Source of the DNA: a virus
Length of the DNA stretch: 38,307 nt
Strand: one strand, 5' to 3'
IMG/VR virus record: IMGVR_UViG_3300045391_000521
Shown: positions 9,699-17,778 of the stretch, piece after piece
Layout of the letters: each line of letters begins with the position of its first letter
How positions within the stretch are numbered: the first letter of the stretch is position 1
Translations under genes and position numbers: made by a program
Notes under the pieces: model-generated
Seen by the model: only the letters and a program-made list of their open reading frames with translations
Told to the model about the DNA's origin: nothing
The model's database searches: none

Positions 9699-11954
9699 AT
9701 GGCAAAGTTCGATGTCGATGCCGCTTTTGCTGAAGCGGATGGCAAGGCGCCGTCCAAGTCGCCGATTGACGATGCGTTCGCGCAAGCCGATGCGACACAG
9801 AAGCAGCCAAAGCCATTGCCGAAGAAAGCCGCGTCCGATGAGGTGACGCTAACTGACCTCATCACGGGTCGTCGTCCGCAGAAGTCGTCGCTGGATTCAT
9901 TTATCGGGCGACTTTCTGCTACTCCGCTAAATTTGGCGGTGGCAGCTGGGCTGAAGGGCGTTCAAAAACTGTCGGATTACGGAAATGCCAATCCTGACAC
10001 GATTGCAGGGAAGGCAGTTCGCGTAGCAGGACGTACGAACCGGGCCCTCCTTGAGGGTGGCGGTGATGCTGCCGGGATCGTCTACGACCCGCTTGCCGGG
10101 TTGATGAATCTGACGGGTCTGCCGAAACTGCTGGGCGCCTCAGAACCGGTGCAGACTGCATCCACCTATGCGTCCAGAATTGCCGACGCATTGCATCTGG
10201 CAAAGCCAGAAACGCCGATCGAGCGCATTGGAGACAAGGGCGCGCGCCTACTGGCTACTGCTGGCGGAACGGTCGGCATCGGGAAAGCGTTGGGAGGCAC
10301 GGCGGCAGCCAATCTAGGTAACTTTCTGTCGCAGGATGCTGGATCGCAGCTTGCGGCCGCTGCTGGCGCTGGCGCTGGGCAGCAGACTGCTAAAGAGCTT
10401 GGTGCGGATGAGGTTGGTCAGCTGCTTGGCACTGCCGGCGGCCTATTCGGGGGTCTTGGCGTCGCCAAGGCGATCAGCGCATTGCGCGCCATGGGTGAGC
10501 CGACGAATACCCAGGTTGCACAAGACATGATTCAGCAGGCGCTGAGCCGTACTGGTTCGGAGATTGGCAGTAATGCCCGCACCGCTCTGCGGCGCAACGT
10601 TGAACGCGCGCTGAATTCCGGCCAAGAAGTCGATCCGGTGCGCATGCAGCGGCTAGCCGAGTTCCGAGCGTTGGGAATCGAACCTACTGCCGGTTGGGTA
10701 TCGCGCGATCCAGTCCAATGGGCGTCTGAGCGCGGCATGATGGGTGTTTCCGGGCCGATCTCGGAGCGCTTCACGCAGGCGGAAAGTGCGCTGCAACGGG
10801 CGCTCCAGAACGCCGCCCCTGAAGCGACAAACTACCAGCTTGGCGCAGCGGCACGTAATGCCGCACAAGACACGTCGCAGGCGCTGCGTGGTCAAGCAAA
10901 TAGCGCCTATGAGGCTCTGCGCGCCAACGGAATGGACATCCCGGTAGACGGTGCGCAGTTCGCGTCGAATGCTTTTGCGGAAGCTCGCCGGCAGCTGGTC
11001 GGCAGCAAGATTCCATCCGACGTGCAGGGCATCCTGCGTGACGTGCAGACCGGTCGTGCTCAGCTTGATTTCGGGCATGGCGTCGAGCTGATGCAGCGAC
11101 TTAATAGCGCAATCGGTCGCACCAACGATGGTGGTGAGCGCACCGCGTTGCAGATCGTGAAGCGCAGCCTGGAAAGTGCGCTCTCCAATGCGTCCGAACC
11201 CGCCGCTGATGTGGCATCGAATACCCCTCGGTGGTATGCGCGGTCGCTGCCAGCTCCGGGGGGGAACAGTCTGCCATCGACTGAGCTGGCGGCGAACAAG
11301 GCCAACGAGTTTCGGAACGCTCGGCAACTCGCTCAGCGGTATTTCCGCTACGAGGAATCCCCGATCATCCAGAACCTGCTGGACGAGAATTTCGCGGTTG
11401 AGAAGTTGCCGGCTGCCTTGGCGAAAACCTCTGTGGACGATCTGTCGCGGCTGCATGCGATTGACCGCGAATTCAACTCTGGACTTGCTCCACGCCTGCG
11501 TGACGCGGCAGCGGCCTACATCGAGCAGAAGTCAATGGTGCCGACCGGTGACGGGAGTGCCCGCGTACTGGTAAGCAGCCTCCGTCGAGCACTCAACGAC
11601 ATTGGCCCAGAAAAGGGCGTCGCCATCTTTGGTCGCGACGGTTGGAATCAATATCAGACCGTGCTGCGAGCGGCATCCAACATTAAGGATGTGCCGCCAG
11701 GCGCGATTGCGCCATCTTCGGGAACCGCTCAAGCACTGGCCCGCTATGGCATGCAGGGCATCAATGCGCTGTCGAATGTCCCGCTGCTGGGGTGGTTGCC
11801 AAGTCTCGGCACAGCGGCGGCGCGTGCGGTCGGAAGGGAGCGGGAGTTCGCGCGCGCCCTGTCGCCGCAGATCGGCCGCGCGGTGGTAGATGGCTCAGCC
11901 CCAGTGACGCGTGGACTGCTGTACGGGCTACTTGCCGCGCAGAACGGTAACTAG
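9699..11954 (+). CDS. Large internal virion or ejection protein (751 aa)
   Basis: Largest ORF in the window. Ala/Gly-rich. Its place before the tail fibre is typical of podovirus core or ejection proteins. No lysozyme motif recognised. Confidence 0.6.
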   Translation: MAKFDVDAAFAEADGKAPSKSPIDDAFAQADATQKQPKPLPKKAASDEVTLTDLITGRRPQKSSLDSFIGRLSATPLNLAVAAGLKGVQKLSDYGNANPDTIAGKAVRVAGRTNRALLEGGGDAAGIVYDPLAGLMNLTGLPKLLGASEPVQTASTYASRIADALHLAKPETPIERIGDKGARLLATAGGTVGIGKALGGTAAANLGNFLSQDAGSQLAAAAGAGAGQQTAKELGADEVGQLLGTAGGLFGGLGVAKAISALRAMGEPTNTQVAQDMIQQALSRTGSEIGSNARTALRRNVERALNSGQEVDPVRMQRLAEFRALGIEPTAGWVSRDPVQWASERGMMGVSGPISERFTQAESALQRALQNAAPEATNYQLGAAARNAAQDTSQALRGQANSAYEALRANGMDIPVDGAQFASNAFAEARRQLVGSKIPSDVQGILRDVQTGRAQLDFGHGVELMQRLNSAIGRTNDGGERTALQIVKRSLESALSNASEPAADVASNTPRWYARSLPAPGGNSLPSTELAANKANEFRNARQLAQRYFRYEESPIIQNLLDENFAVEKLPAALAKTSVDDLSRLHAIDREFNSGLAPRLRDAAAAYIEQKSMVPTGDGSARVLVSSLRRALNDIGPEKGVAIFGRDGWNQYQTVLRAASNIKDVPPGAIAPSSGTAQALARYGMQGINALSNVPLLGWLPSLGTAAARAVGREREFARALSPQIGRAVVDGSAPVTRGLLYGLLAAQNGN

Positions 11955-12056
11955 CTCGCGGAAAGCTCCATAAAGCAGCAGCAGGATAAGCTTTATAAGC
12001 TTCAGCAATAAGAAAGCGCTCATGCAGCGATTTTAGACGAATAGGGAGTAATCGCA

Positions 12057-13421
12057 ATGGCCGTGCCAACCAGCATGACAGACCTTAGCGTCACGGCGTC
12101 GAGCAACAGTCCGCAAGGGACGGATGCTTTCGGCCCGACGGCGGACGATTATCTACGTGCCTTCCAGGCGATCATGCGCCGTGAGCAGGCTCAGGCGACG
12201 GCGGTTGCGAGTGCGGCGACGGTGGACCTTGGCGCGGTCGCTACAGGGTCGTATTTCCACATCACCGGGACGACCACGATCACCAGCTTCGGGACGGTAG
12301 CGGCTGGCATCGAGCGCATGATTGTGTTCGATGGCGCGCTGACGCTCACCCACAACGCTACGTCGCTGATTCTGCCCGGCGCTGCCAACATCACCACGGC
12401 GGCCGGTGACTGCGCCATCATGCGCTCGGAAGGCTCCGGGAACTGGCGTTGCGTTGGGTTCATGAAGGCGAACGGCAATGCGGTCATTCTGCCGTCTGAT
12501 GTGGTGCGGCAGTCTGGCGCGCAGATCTATGCGACTACTGGCGGCACGGCTGACGCCATCACGCTGACGGCGACTCCAGCCGTCACCGCCTACACGGCTG
12601 GGCTGCACCTCCGGTTCGTCGCCAGTGGCGACAACACTATTGCTGGCGTGACGATCAACGTCAATGGTCTGGGAAACAAGAACGTCACCAAGCGCGGCAC
12701 CACTGCGCTAGTGGCAGCTGACATCAAGTCCGGTGCAGTAACGTTCGTCGTTTATGACGGCACGCAATTCCAGCTAATCAATCCGGCGGCAGATACTTCC
12801 GGAGCGATCAAGACGTTCAAGCGCACGGTCTTCACTTCCAATGGCACTTATACGCCAACCGCTGGCATGGCTTACTGTGACATCCAGATCCAGGCCGGCG
12901 GCGGCGGCGGTGCGCAGTCTGGTGTTGGCGCATCAGCTGGATCAGCCGGCGGCAGCGGGGCCTATACACGGGCGCGTTTCACGGCGGCACAGATTGGAGC
13001 GAGCCAGAGCATTACTGTAGGCGGCGGGGGAACCGGGGGTATTTCTGGCGGCGCGGCACCAGGCAATGGCGGAAACTCAAGTGTCGGTACGCTGTTGGCT
13101 GTAACTGGCGGATCGGCTGGAACAAACTCGGCTACCCCCACTCAAGGCGGCGCAGGCGGCACGGTAACCACCGCTGGTGACTATTCCATTCCTGGACAAC
13201 GTGGCGGATGGGGTGGAGGCACTACCGCAGGTGGTTCTGGTTCGCCCAATGGTGGCAATTCTCCCTTGGGAGTTGGCTCCGCCTACAACCCGGCCAACGC
13301 GAATGCGGCGAATGCCACCGGGTATGGCGCTGGTGGCGCAGGTGCATCTCCGGCAGGTAACAACAACGGCGGATCTGGCACTGGCGGTATCTGTATTGTC
13401 GATGAGTATCTGACCCAATAA
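12057..13421 (+). CDS. Tail fibre protein with glycine-rich C-terminal domain (454 aa)
   Basis: N-terminus LSVTASSNSPQGTDAFGPTADDYLRAFQAIMR is typical of phage tail fibres. The C-terminal ~170 aa are Gly-rich (GGGGGAQSGVGASAGSAGGSG...GGSGTGGICIVDEY). Confidence 0.8.
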   Translation: MAVPTSMTDLSVTASSNSPQGTDAFGPTADDYLRAFQAIMRREQAQATAVASAATVDLGAVATGSYFHITGTTTITSFGTVAAGIERMIVFDGALTLTHNATSLILPGAANITTAAGDCAIMRSEGSGNWRCVGFMKANGNAVILPSDVVRQSGAQIYATTGGTADAITLTATPAVTAYTAGLHLRFVASGDNTIAGVTINVNGLGNKNVTKRGTTALVAADIKSGAVTFVVYDGTQFQLINPAADTSGAIKTFKRTVFTSNGTYTPTAGMAYCDIQIQAGGGGGAQSGVGASAGSAGGSGAYTRARFTAAQIGASQSITVGGGGTGGISGGAAPGNGGNSSVGTLLAVTGGSAGTNSATPTQGGAGGTVTTAGDYSIPGQRGGWGGGTTAGGSGSPNGGNSPLGVGSAYNPANANAANATGYGAGGAGASPAGNNNGGSGTGGICIVDEYLTQ

Positions 13422-13441
13422 CCAAAACCAGGGAGAAACGC

Positions 13442-13783
13442 ATGAGTGAAATCACTAGCGGCTTGCTTGGCATCAAATATGCCCCGACCTTGGCCGGCAT
13501 CTTCGGCGCATTGGCGTCCTTGTCGTTTCGGGTCGGTTTTACTTATCCGCAATGCTTTTTCGCCATCTGCACGGGGATCGCTTGCGCAAACTACTTGACC
13601 CCGGTCTGTGTCTATTACCTGTCGCTGCCGTCGAGCATCGAACTAGCCTGCGCATTTGTGCTGGGAATCACTGGCACGAATCTAGTGGCCGGCATTGTGC
13701 TGATTGCTCGCAAGTTCGAGATTGACCCTATTGGATTCATCAAGAGCCGTGGAGGCAGCCAAGATGATGGAGACAAGAAATGA
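13442..13783 (+). CDS. Putative holin (113 aa, about 3 TM segments, charged C-terminus)
   Basis: Hydrophobic stretches LAGIFGALASLSF, FFAICTGIACANYL and CAFVLGITGTNLVAGIVLIA, with tail SRGGSQDDGDKK. An endolysin lies nearby. Confidence 0.55.
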   Translation: MSEITSGLLGIKYAPTLAGIFGALASLSFRVGFTYPQCFFAICTGIACANYLTPVCVYYLSLPSSIELACAFVLGITGTNLVAGIVLIARKFEIDPIGFIKSRGGSQDDGDKK

Positions 13784-14028
13784 TGCTGCCGCTGATCATC
13801 CTTGCAATTGCGCTGTTGGTCTTCTCGTTTACGCGCCTTGTGGAGATGGAGCCGGATAAACGCCACATGGAACGCATCGGGCATATCCTGCAAGCCGGCG
13901 GTGCGTCATCTATTCTGCTTGGCGGCCTGGAAACTGGCCTATGGCTGATCATCGGGGGCTGGACGGCATTGGCGTTACCGCACATCGGACATATGCTAGC
14001 CAAGGGAAAACGGCATAACAGGGTGTAA
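13780..14028 (+). CDS. Small membrane protein (82 aa), possible second holin or antiholin
   Basis: ATGA overlap with the previous gene. TM stretches LPLIILAIALLVFSF and GLWLIIGGWTALAL. Basic C-terminus. Confidence 0.45.
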   Translation: MMLPLIILAIALLVFSFTRLVEMEPDKRHMERIGHILQAGGASSILLGGLETGLWLIIGGWTALALPHIGHMLAKGKRHNRV

Positions 14029-14061
14029 CAACATCAACTATCAGTAATAAGGGAGGCATCA

Positions 14062-15375
14062 ATGGCACTCACGGCACCCAGCAATATTGTATCCAACTCG
14101 ACTGCGGCGGCGGCTGGCATCACGGCGCTTGTGCGCGCAGACGGCGCGTTGTTGGTCGCAACCGATCCGACCACGCTGTTCCAAGATCCGTTCGACGGCG
14201 GCACCATCGACACGACCAATACCTGGACCACGCAGGTATCTACTGGCACCGTCACGCAATCGGCCGGACAACTCGCCATCTCATCCAGCACGACCGGCAG
14301 CGCGTACGCCGCGATCTACAGCAAGCCAACTTTCCCGCCATTGGGCGAGCAAGCGTTCTTCGGAACGGTGCAGTTGGAAGCGACCACCTTCAAGGCAAAC
14401 CTACTGCGCTTCTGGGGTTTGGCCACGGTTCCTGGTACGCCGACCACCGCCGTACCGATAACGGATGGTATTGGCTTCCAGTTGGATGCCGCTGGTGCGC
14501 TGAAGGGCATTGTATATGCTTCTGGCGCAGTCGCCGGTAGCGTAACGCTCAGCACTACCACTTCATCCGGGACAAGTCTTCTAGATGGCGTATTCCACCG
14601 CTACGCCTTCATCTACCGCGCGGACTTCGTCATTTTCTACATCGATGATTTCGCGGTTCCGGCTGGTATCCTGTATTACACACAACCTGCTGTACAGGCG
14701 CTGCCACTGGCGATGGTCGCTGTCAACGGATCAACGCCGCCGACCGCTGGCCAAGTGTTTAACGTCAACTTGGCTGCGCTGGTTGACTGGGGAAAGAACT
14801 CCCAACAGATCAGCGACGGCACCTATCCGTGGCGTAAGATGGGCGTCGATTCCCTAGGGGCTGCCCGCATTCGCAACTATGAGCGGCTGACGGCTACCTA
14901 TTCGGCCGCCTTCAACGTCGCTCCGGCTGCCTCTGCGACAGACGTTGCCGTTATCGGCGGAAGCGCATCGAAGACCATCAATGTGACCAAGGTCATTATT
15001 GGCGGCACGCAGACGACTGCTGGCCTGGTGGACGTGCTATTGATCAAGCGTTCCACGGCTGATACAGGAGGCACTTCCGCAGGCGCAACGGCGGTGCCTT
15101 ACGATTCGACCGATGCAGCTGCAACAGCCACGGTGCTCGCCTACACCGCGAACCCAACCACAGGTACGACAGTGGGCGCCGTTCGACGCGCCTTCGTGCC
15201 GGTCGATGCTACCACCAGCATCATCAATCCGACGACCGTGTTTGACTTCGGCGCCAGTGGCAAGCCGATCAAGTTGCGCGGGACGGCACAACAGCTTGCC
15301 GTGAACCTGAACGGCGTAACCGTGACTGGCGGTTCGTTGGATATCAGTTTCGAATGGTATGAGGACGCGAGCTAA
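14062..15375 (+). CDS. Fibre or receptor-binding-like protein with lectin/LamG-like N-terminal region (437 aa)
   Basis: SD aagggagg. Beta-rich, T/S/A/G-rich sequence. DGVFHRYAFIYRADFVIFYIDD looks like a concanavalin-like jelly-roll strand pattern. The function is inferred. Confidence 0.45.
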   Translation: MALTAPSNIVSNSTAAAAGITALVRADGALLVATDPTTLFQDPFDGGTIDTTNTWTTQVSTGTVTQSAGQLAISSSTTGSAYAAIYSKPTFPPLGEQAFFGTVQLEATTFKANLLRFWGLATVPGTPTTAVPITDGIGFQLDAAGALKGIVYASGAVAGSVTLSTTTSSGTSLLDGVFHRYAFIYRADFVIFYIDDFAVPAGILYYTQPAVQALPLAMVAVNGSTPPTAGQVFNVNLAALVDWGKNSQQISDGTYPWRKMGVDSLGAARIRNYERLTATYSAAFNVAPAASATDVAVIGGSASKTINVTKVIIGGTQTTAGLVDVLLIKRSTADTGGTSAGATAVPYDSTDAAATATVLAYTANPTTGTTVGAVRRAFVPVDATTSIINPTTVFDFGASGKPIKLRGTAQQLAVNLNGVTVTGGSLDISFEWYEDAS

Positions 15376-15384
15376 GGAGCTGCA

Positions 15385-15789
15385 ATGATCACGCTGGTTG
15401 ATTACTACATGGGCCGCGACAAGCTCTATCCAGACGAGCTGACGGCGAAGCGGAGACTTAATGCCACGCGGACGGTGGAGCTGGTCAATGCGTTGCTGAA
15501 ACGCTACCAGGATACTGGTGGCGATGTCTCGCACGCTGTCGTATCCAGCGGCTGGCGCCCTCCGCAGATCAACGCCAAGGTAAGGAATGCCGCGCCAAGG
15601 TCCAACCATATGGAGTGCTTGGCCTGCGACATTGCCGACGTATCCGGCAAGCTAGATGCATGGTGCCTGGCAAACCAAAGCGTGTTGCATGAGCTTGGGC
15701 TTTGGCTGGAGCATCCGGGATACACCAAGGGCTGGTGCCATGTTCAAACCGTTCCGCCGCGCTCCGGAAATCGCGTCTTTATCCCCTAG
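15385..15789 (+). CDS. Endolysin, peptidase M15 (VanY / L-Ala-D-Glu peptidase-like, 134 aa)
   Basis: Zn-ligand pattern SNHMECLACDI (H-x6-D) plus C-terminal WCHVQ. SD aaggag. Lies in the lysis region. Confidence 0.75.
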   Translation: MITLVDYYMGRDKLYPDELTAKRRLNATRTVELVNALLKRYQDTGGDVSHAVVSSGWRPPQINAKVRNAAPRSNHMECLACDIADVSGKLDAWCLANQSVLHELGLWLEHPGYTKGWCHVQTVPPRSGNRVFIP

Positions 15790-15798
15790 GAGAACCGC

Positions 15799-16131
15799 AT
15801 GAAACGACTGCTCGCCTGTCTCGCACTGGTGCTGATCACCGCGTGTTCGATGATCCAACCAAAGTCGCTCGACCAGACGCTAGCCTATGGTGTCACGGCC
15901 ACGGCAACGGTTCTGAATACCACCTCCAACCTGTACGAACGCCACCGGATCAGCAAGGAGGAGGCCAGCAGCATTCTTGCCACCTCTGAGCAGATCAAGA
16001 TGATGATCGACTCGGCACATGCCGCTGCAAAGGCCGGCAAGAGCGCTGACGCCAATACCCAGGCACAGGCGGCACTTTCCATGCTCCAGCAGCTCGAAAC
16101 CTATCTGAAGACCAAGGAGGCCGCCCAATGA
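15799..16131 (+). CDS. Lipoprotein (110 aa)
   Basis: Signal peptide with lipobox MKRLLACLALVLITAC|S. No C-terminal TM segment. Lies after the endolysin. Confidence 0.65.
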   Translation: MKRLLACLALVLITACSMIQPKSLDQTLAYGVTATATVLNTTSNLYERHRISKEEASSILATSEQIKMMIDSAHAAAKAGKSADANTQAQAALSMLQQLETYLKTKEAAQ

Positions 16132-16349
16132 GCGCCGTCACCATCCTGGAAGGCGTGGAACTCGCCATTGACCTGCTCAACGCCATTACCGATCTGTCCG
16201 CCAAGGCATCTGCCGTGAGTGCCATCATCGCCAATGCGCAGAAGGAAGGCCGCGCTACGCTGACCGATGACGAGTGGGGACAGGTCACGTCTGCCTATAC
16301 CGACGCGCACGACCGGCTGAAGAAGGCCATTGAGGCCTCTGGCAACTGA
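16128..16349 (+). CDS. Hypothetical protein (73 aa), last gene of the late operon
   Basis: ATGA overlap with the lipoprotein gene. Soluble helical composition. Confidence 0.6.
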   Translation: MSAVTILEGVELAIDLLNAITDLSAKASAVSAIIANAQKEGRATLTDDEWGQVTSAYTDAHDRLKKAIEASGN

Positions 16350-16376
16350 ACAAAAAGAGACCGCCCGGAGGCGGCC
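16349..16376 (-). terminator. Intrinsic terminator of the early-left (-) transcript, downstream of the tRNA
   Basis: On the - strand: ggccgcc-uccg-ggcgguc followed by ucuuuuuguu. On the + strand the hairpin has no downstream U tract. Confidence 0.65.
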
Positions 16377-16407
16377 AAAGGTGAGTCCCAAGGTATTCAA
16401 AAAACTG

Positions 16408-16480
16408 TCACCGCGCCAGGATTCGAACCTGGGACATCCTGCTTCCAGGGCAGGCACTCTACCAGCTGAGCTACGCGGAG
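16408..16480 (-). tRNA. tRNA-Pro(UGG)-like, atypical anticodon loop
   Basis: Hand-folded cloverleaf: acceptor CTCCGCG/CGCGGTG (U2.U71 mismatch), D arm GCTC-AGCTGGTA-GAGT, anticodon arm CCTGC-CCTGGAA-GCAGG, variable ATGTC, T arm CCAGG-TTCGAAT-CCTGG, A73. C1-G72 plus A73 fit bacterial tRNA-Pro identity. Position 33 is C and position 37 is A. Confidence 0.7.
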
Positions 16481-17167
16481 AAACTGTTGTGGGCGGCCGG
16501 CTGGCAGTTGCCGGCTTACTCAGGTCGCGGCTTTTACTCCTGAGTCGTTTGTTTGAGGTGCCGGCTTTACGGCATCCTTGTCCGCATCAACATGGCGGCG
16601 CATCGCCACTGCGCGTCACCCACACAGAAACCGGCTGGCTTGGTACAAACTGGTTGTGCGGGCTTTCCGTTCAACCGGCTTCTGTGTGGATGCTGGCCCT
16701 TCCCCAGCACGTCCCATCTGGCACAGGCCAGTGGCGTAACCTCCTGCTTGGCCAGGAGGATTTCACGACCTTCCCGCAGTCGCTCACGTCCTCGTCACTG
16801 CTTTCCCTGTGAGGATCAGGGTTCAAATTACCGCCCATTTACCCGTGGGCGGCGCAGGCAGTGTCTGCGACCTGTCGGGGTACACACAAGACTGGCGACT
16901 AGGTGCCGATTCTCACCAATCAGAGCCACCTTAATTGGCTTCGGTCGGGACGATAGCTGGTGGCTTCCGGAACTACCGCCAATCGCCAGACTTGTGGGTA
17001 GTGGCCGAACCATCGCATAAGCTTTCGCCAACACTTGGAATCGAACCATGAGCCACTTGTAAGCGACCAAACCCGCCGGGGATGAGTGGGAAGGAATTGG
17101 GCCTAGCCGCTTACAGGTGGACCCTCGCGAGAGGGTGAGGCCATGGTGTCACATGGCCGTGTTCGTG
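16481..17167 (+). ncRNA. Candidate large structured noncoding RNA locus (class unknown, strand call tentative)
   Basis: No credible ORF. At least 15 helices were found by eye, including long-range closing helices 16620-16634/16675-16689, 16881-16898/16983-17000 and 17053-17065/17108-17120. Six G-T juxtapositions are valid wobbles only on the + strand, against one for the - strand. cUUCGg (16939-16944) and GCGA (17127-17130) tetraloops occur on the + strand. Confidence 0.4.
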
Positions 17168-17509
17168 TCAACCGAATGTTTCGTCGTCGAAGTGGTCGCC
17201 GTAGACGGACCGAACGAATGCGCGCATGCAGGCCTCAAGCGGCGTATCTCCGCTACCTTCGCAGCCGTTGCAAACCGCGTTGAATGTAGCCGATCCATCC
17301 GGAGCATCCAACCGCCACCACGCGTCAATATGCTCCTCGATGATGTGTCCGGCCTGATACCACTGCGTAGACGGTGAATAAGGGTGCGGGCCGCCGTCCT
17401 CGACGATGCAAACGTCCATGTGCTTGCCGATGCTGGCGGTGAAGCCCTGTGCACGGGCGACGGCTAGATCCAGCATGGAGCCGGAAAAGGTGGCTACTTC
17501 TTGGATCAT
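17168..17509 (-). CDS. NinX / DUF2591-like protein (113 aa)
   Basis: Start taken at the internal Met (MIQEVATFSGSMLDLAVARAQGF...) with an ATGA overlap to the upstream gene. The longer ORF-track N-terminus is Arg/Gly-rich shadow sequence. Confidence 0.55.
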   Translation of the reverse strand: MIQEVATFSGSMLDLAVARAQGFTASIGKHMDVCIVEDGGPHPYSPSTQWYQAGHIIEEHIDAWWRLDAPDGSATFNAVCNGCEGSGDTPLEACMRAFVRSVYGDHFDDETFG

Positions 17510-17769
17510 TCTTCCTCCTCCATCTCGCCGCGAGCCATGATCAGCGCCTCGCACTCGACCGCGAACTCCCCGCCGACGGTGCGCACGTCTTCGATGCACG
17601 CCTCGCGCTCGGCCACCATCCCCGCGCGGTAAACGAGCATGATCAGACCCACAATGTCGCCGCGCCACTCGTCCGTGCTGCAGAACTTGTCGTCGATGCC
17701 ACAGCAAGACCGGGTGCGCTTGAACCCCGCCTCCCGCGCCATGCGGATCACGTCGTCTCTCGTCATCAT
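17506..17769 (-). CDS. Hypothetical early protein (87 aa)
   Basis: Start at MMTRDDVIRMAREAGF. The upstream part of ORF 17506..17937 overlaps the tRNA-like element and looks non-coding. Confidence 0.55.
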   Translation of the reverse strand: MMTRDDVIRMAREAGFKRTRSCCGIDDKFCSTDEWRGDIVGLIMLVYRAGMVAEREACIEDVRTVGGEFAVECEALIMARGEMEEEE

Positions 17770-17778
17770 CACTCCTTG

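Noticed and set aside
11955-12056. Tandem AAGCTT sites (aagctttataagctt) in the gap before the tail fibre gene, as a regulatory palindrome or late promoter
   Set aside because: The inverted symmetry is imperfect and I found no convincing -35/-10 pair. Noted only as a slightly AT-rich intergenic gap.
12057-15375. Diversity-generating retroelement targeting the fibre genes (as in BPP-1-like podoviruses)
   Set aside because: There is no reverse transcriptase ORF (no YxDD motif) and no template/variable repeat pair near either fibre gene.
17005-17035. dif-like XerC/D site (ccatcgcataa-gctttc-gccaacacttg)
   Set aside because: Only the CGCATAA part resembles the XerC arm of dif. The XerD arm (TTATGTTAAAT-like) is absent.
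17036-17050. Third T-loop-like sequence (GGTTCGATTCC on the - strand) as another tRNA
   Set aside because: The flanking sequence does not form an acceptor stem or anticodon arm, and the T stem has an A.A mismatch. More likely part of the larger structured region, or chance.
16330-17070. ORFs 16330..16812 +, 16553..17020 + and 16828..17070 - inside the structured locus
   Set aside because: The first runs antisense through the tRNA. All have implausible composition (R/P/S/C/L-rich) and no SD or coupling, and they coincide with dense stem-loops. Treated as non-coding.
16408-17167. attP-type integration module (tRNA plus adjacent non-coding arm region)
   Set aside because: The tRNA adjacency is suggestive. 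But no tyrosine or serine recombinase or excisionase is present anywhere in the closed genome, and the tRNA is full length rather than a 3' fragment. It cannot be fully excluded without host genome comparison.
16481-17167. Known RNA classes for the structured locus: RNase P RNA, tmRNA, group I intron, group II intron
   Set aside because: By eye there is no GGAAAGUCCGG/ACAGAA-CCGGCUUA pair of RNase P (only loose resemblances), no tmRNA tRNA-like ends or tag frame, no group II domain V hairpin or GUGCG 5' end in the right place, and no tetraloop-receptor or P7-like features. Needs covariance-model confirmation.
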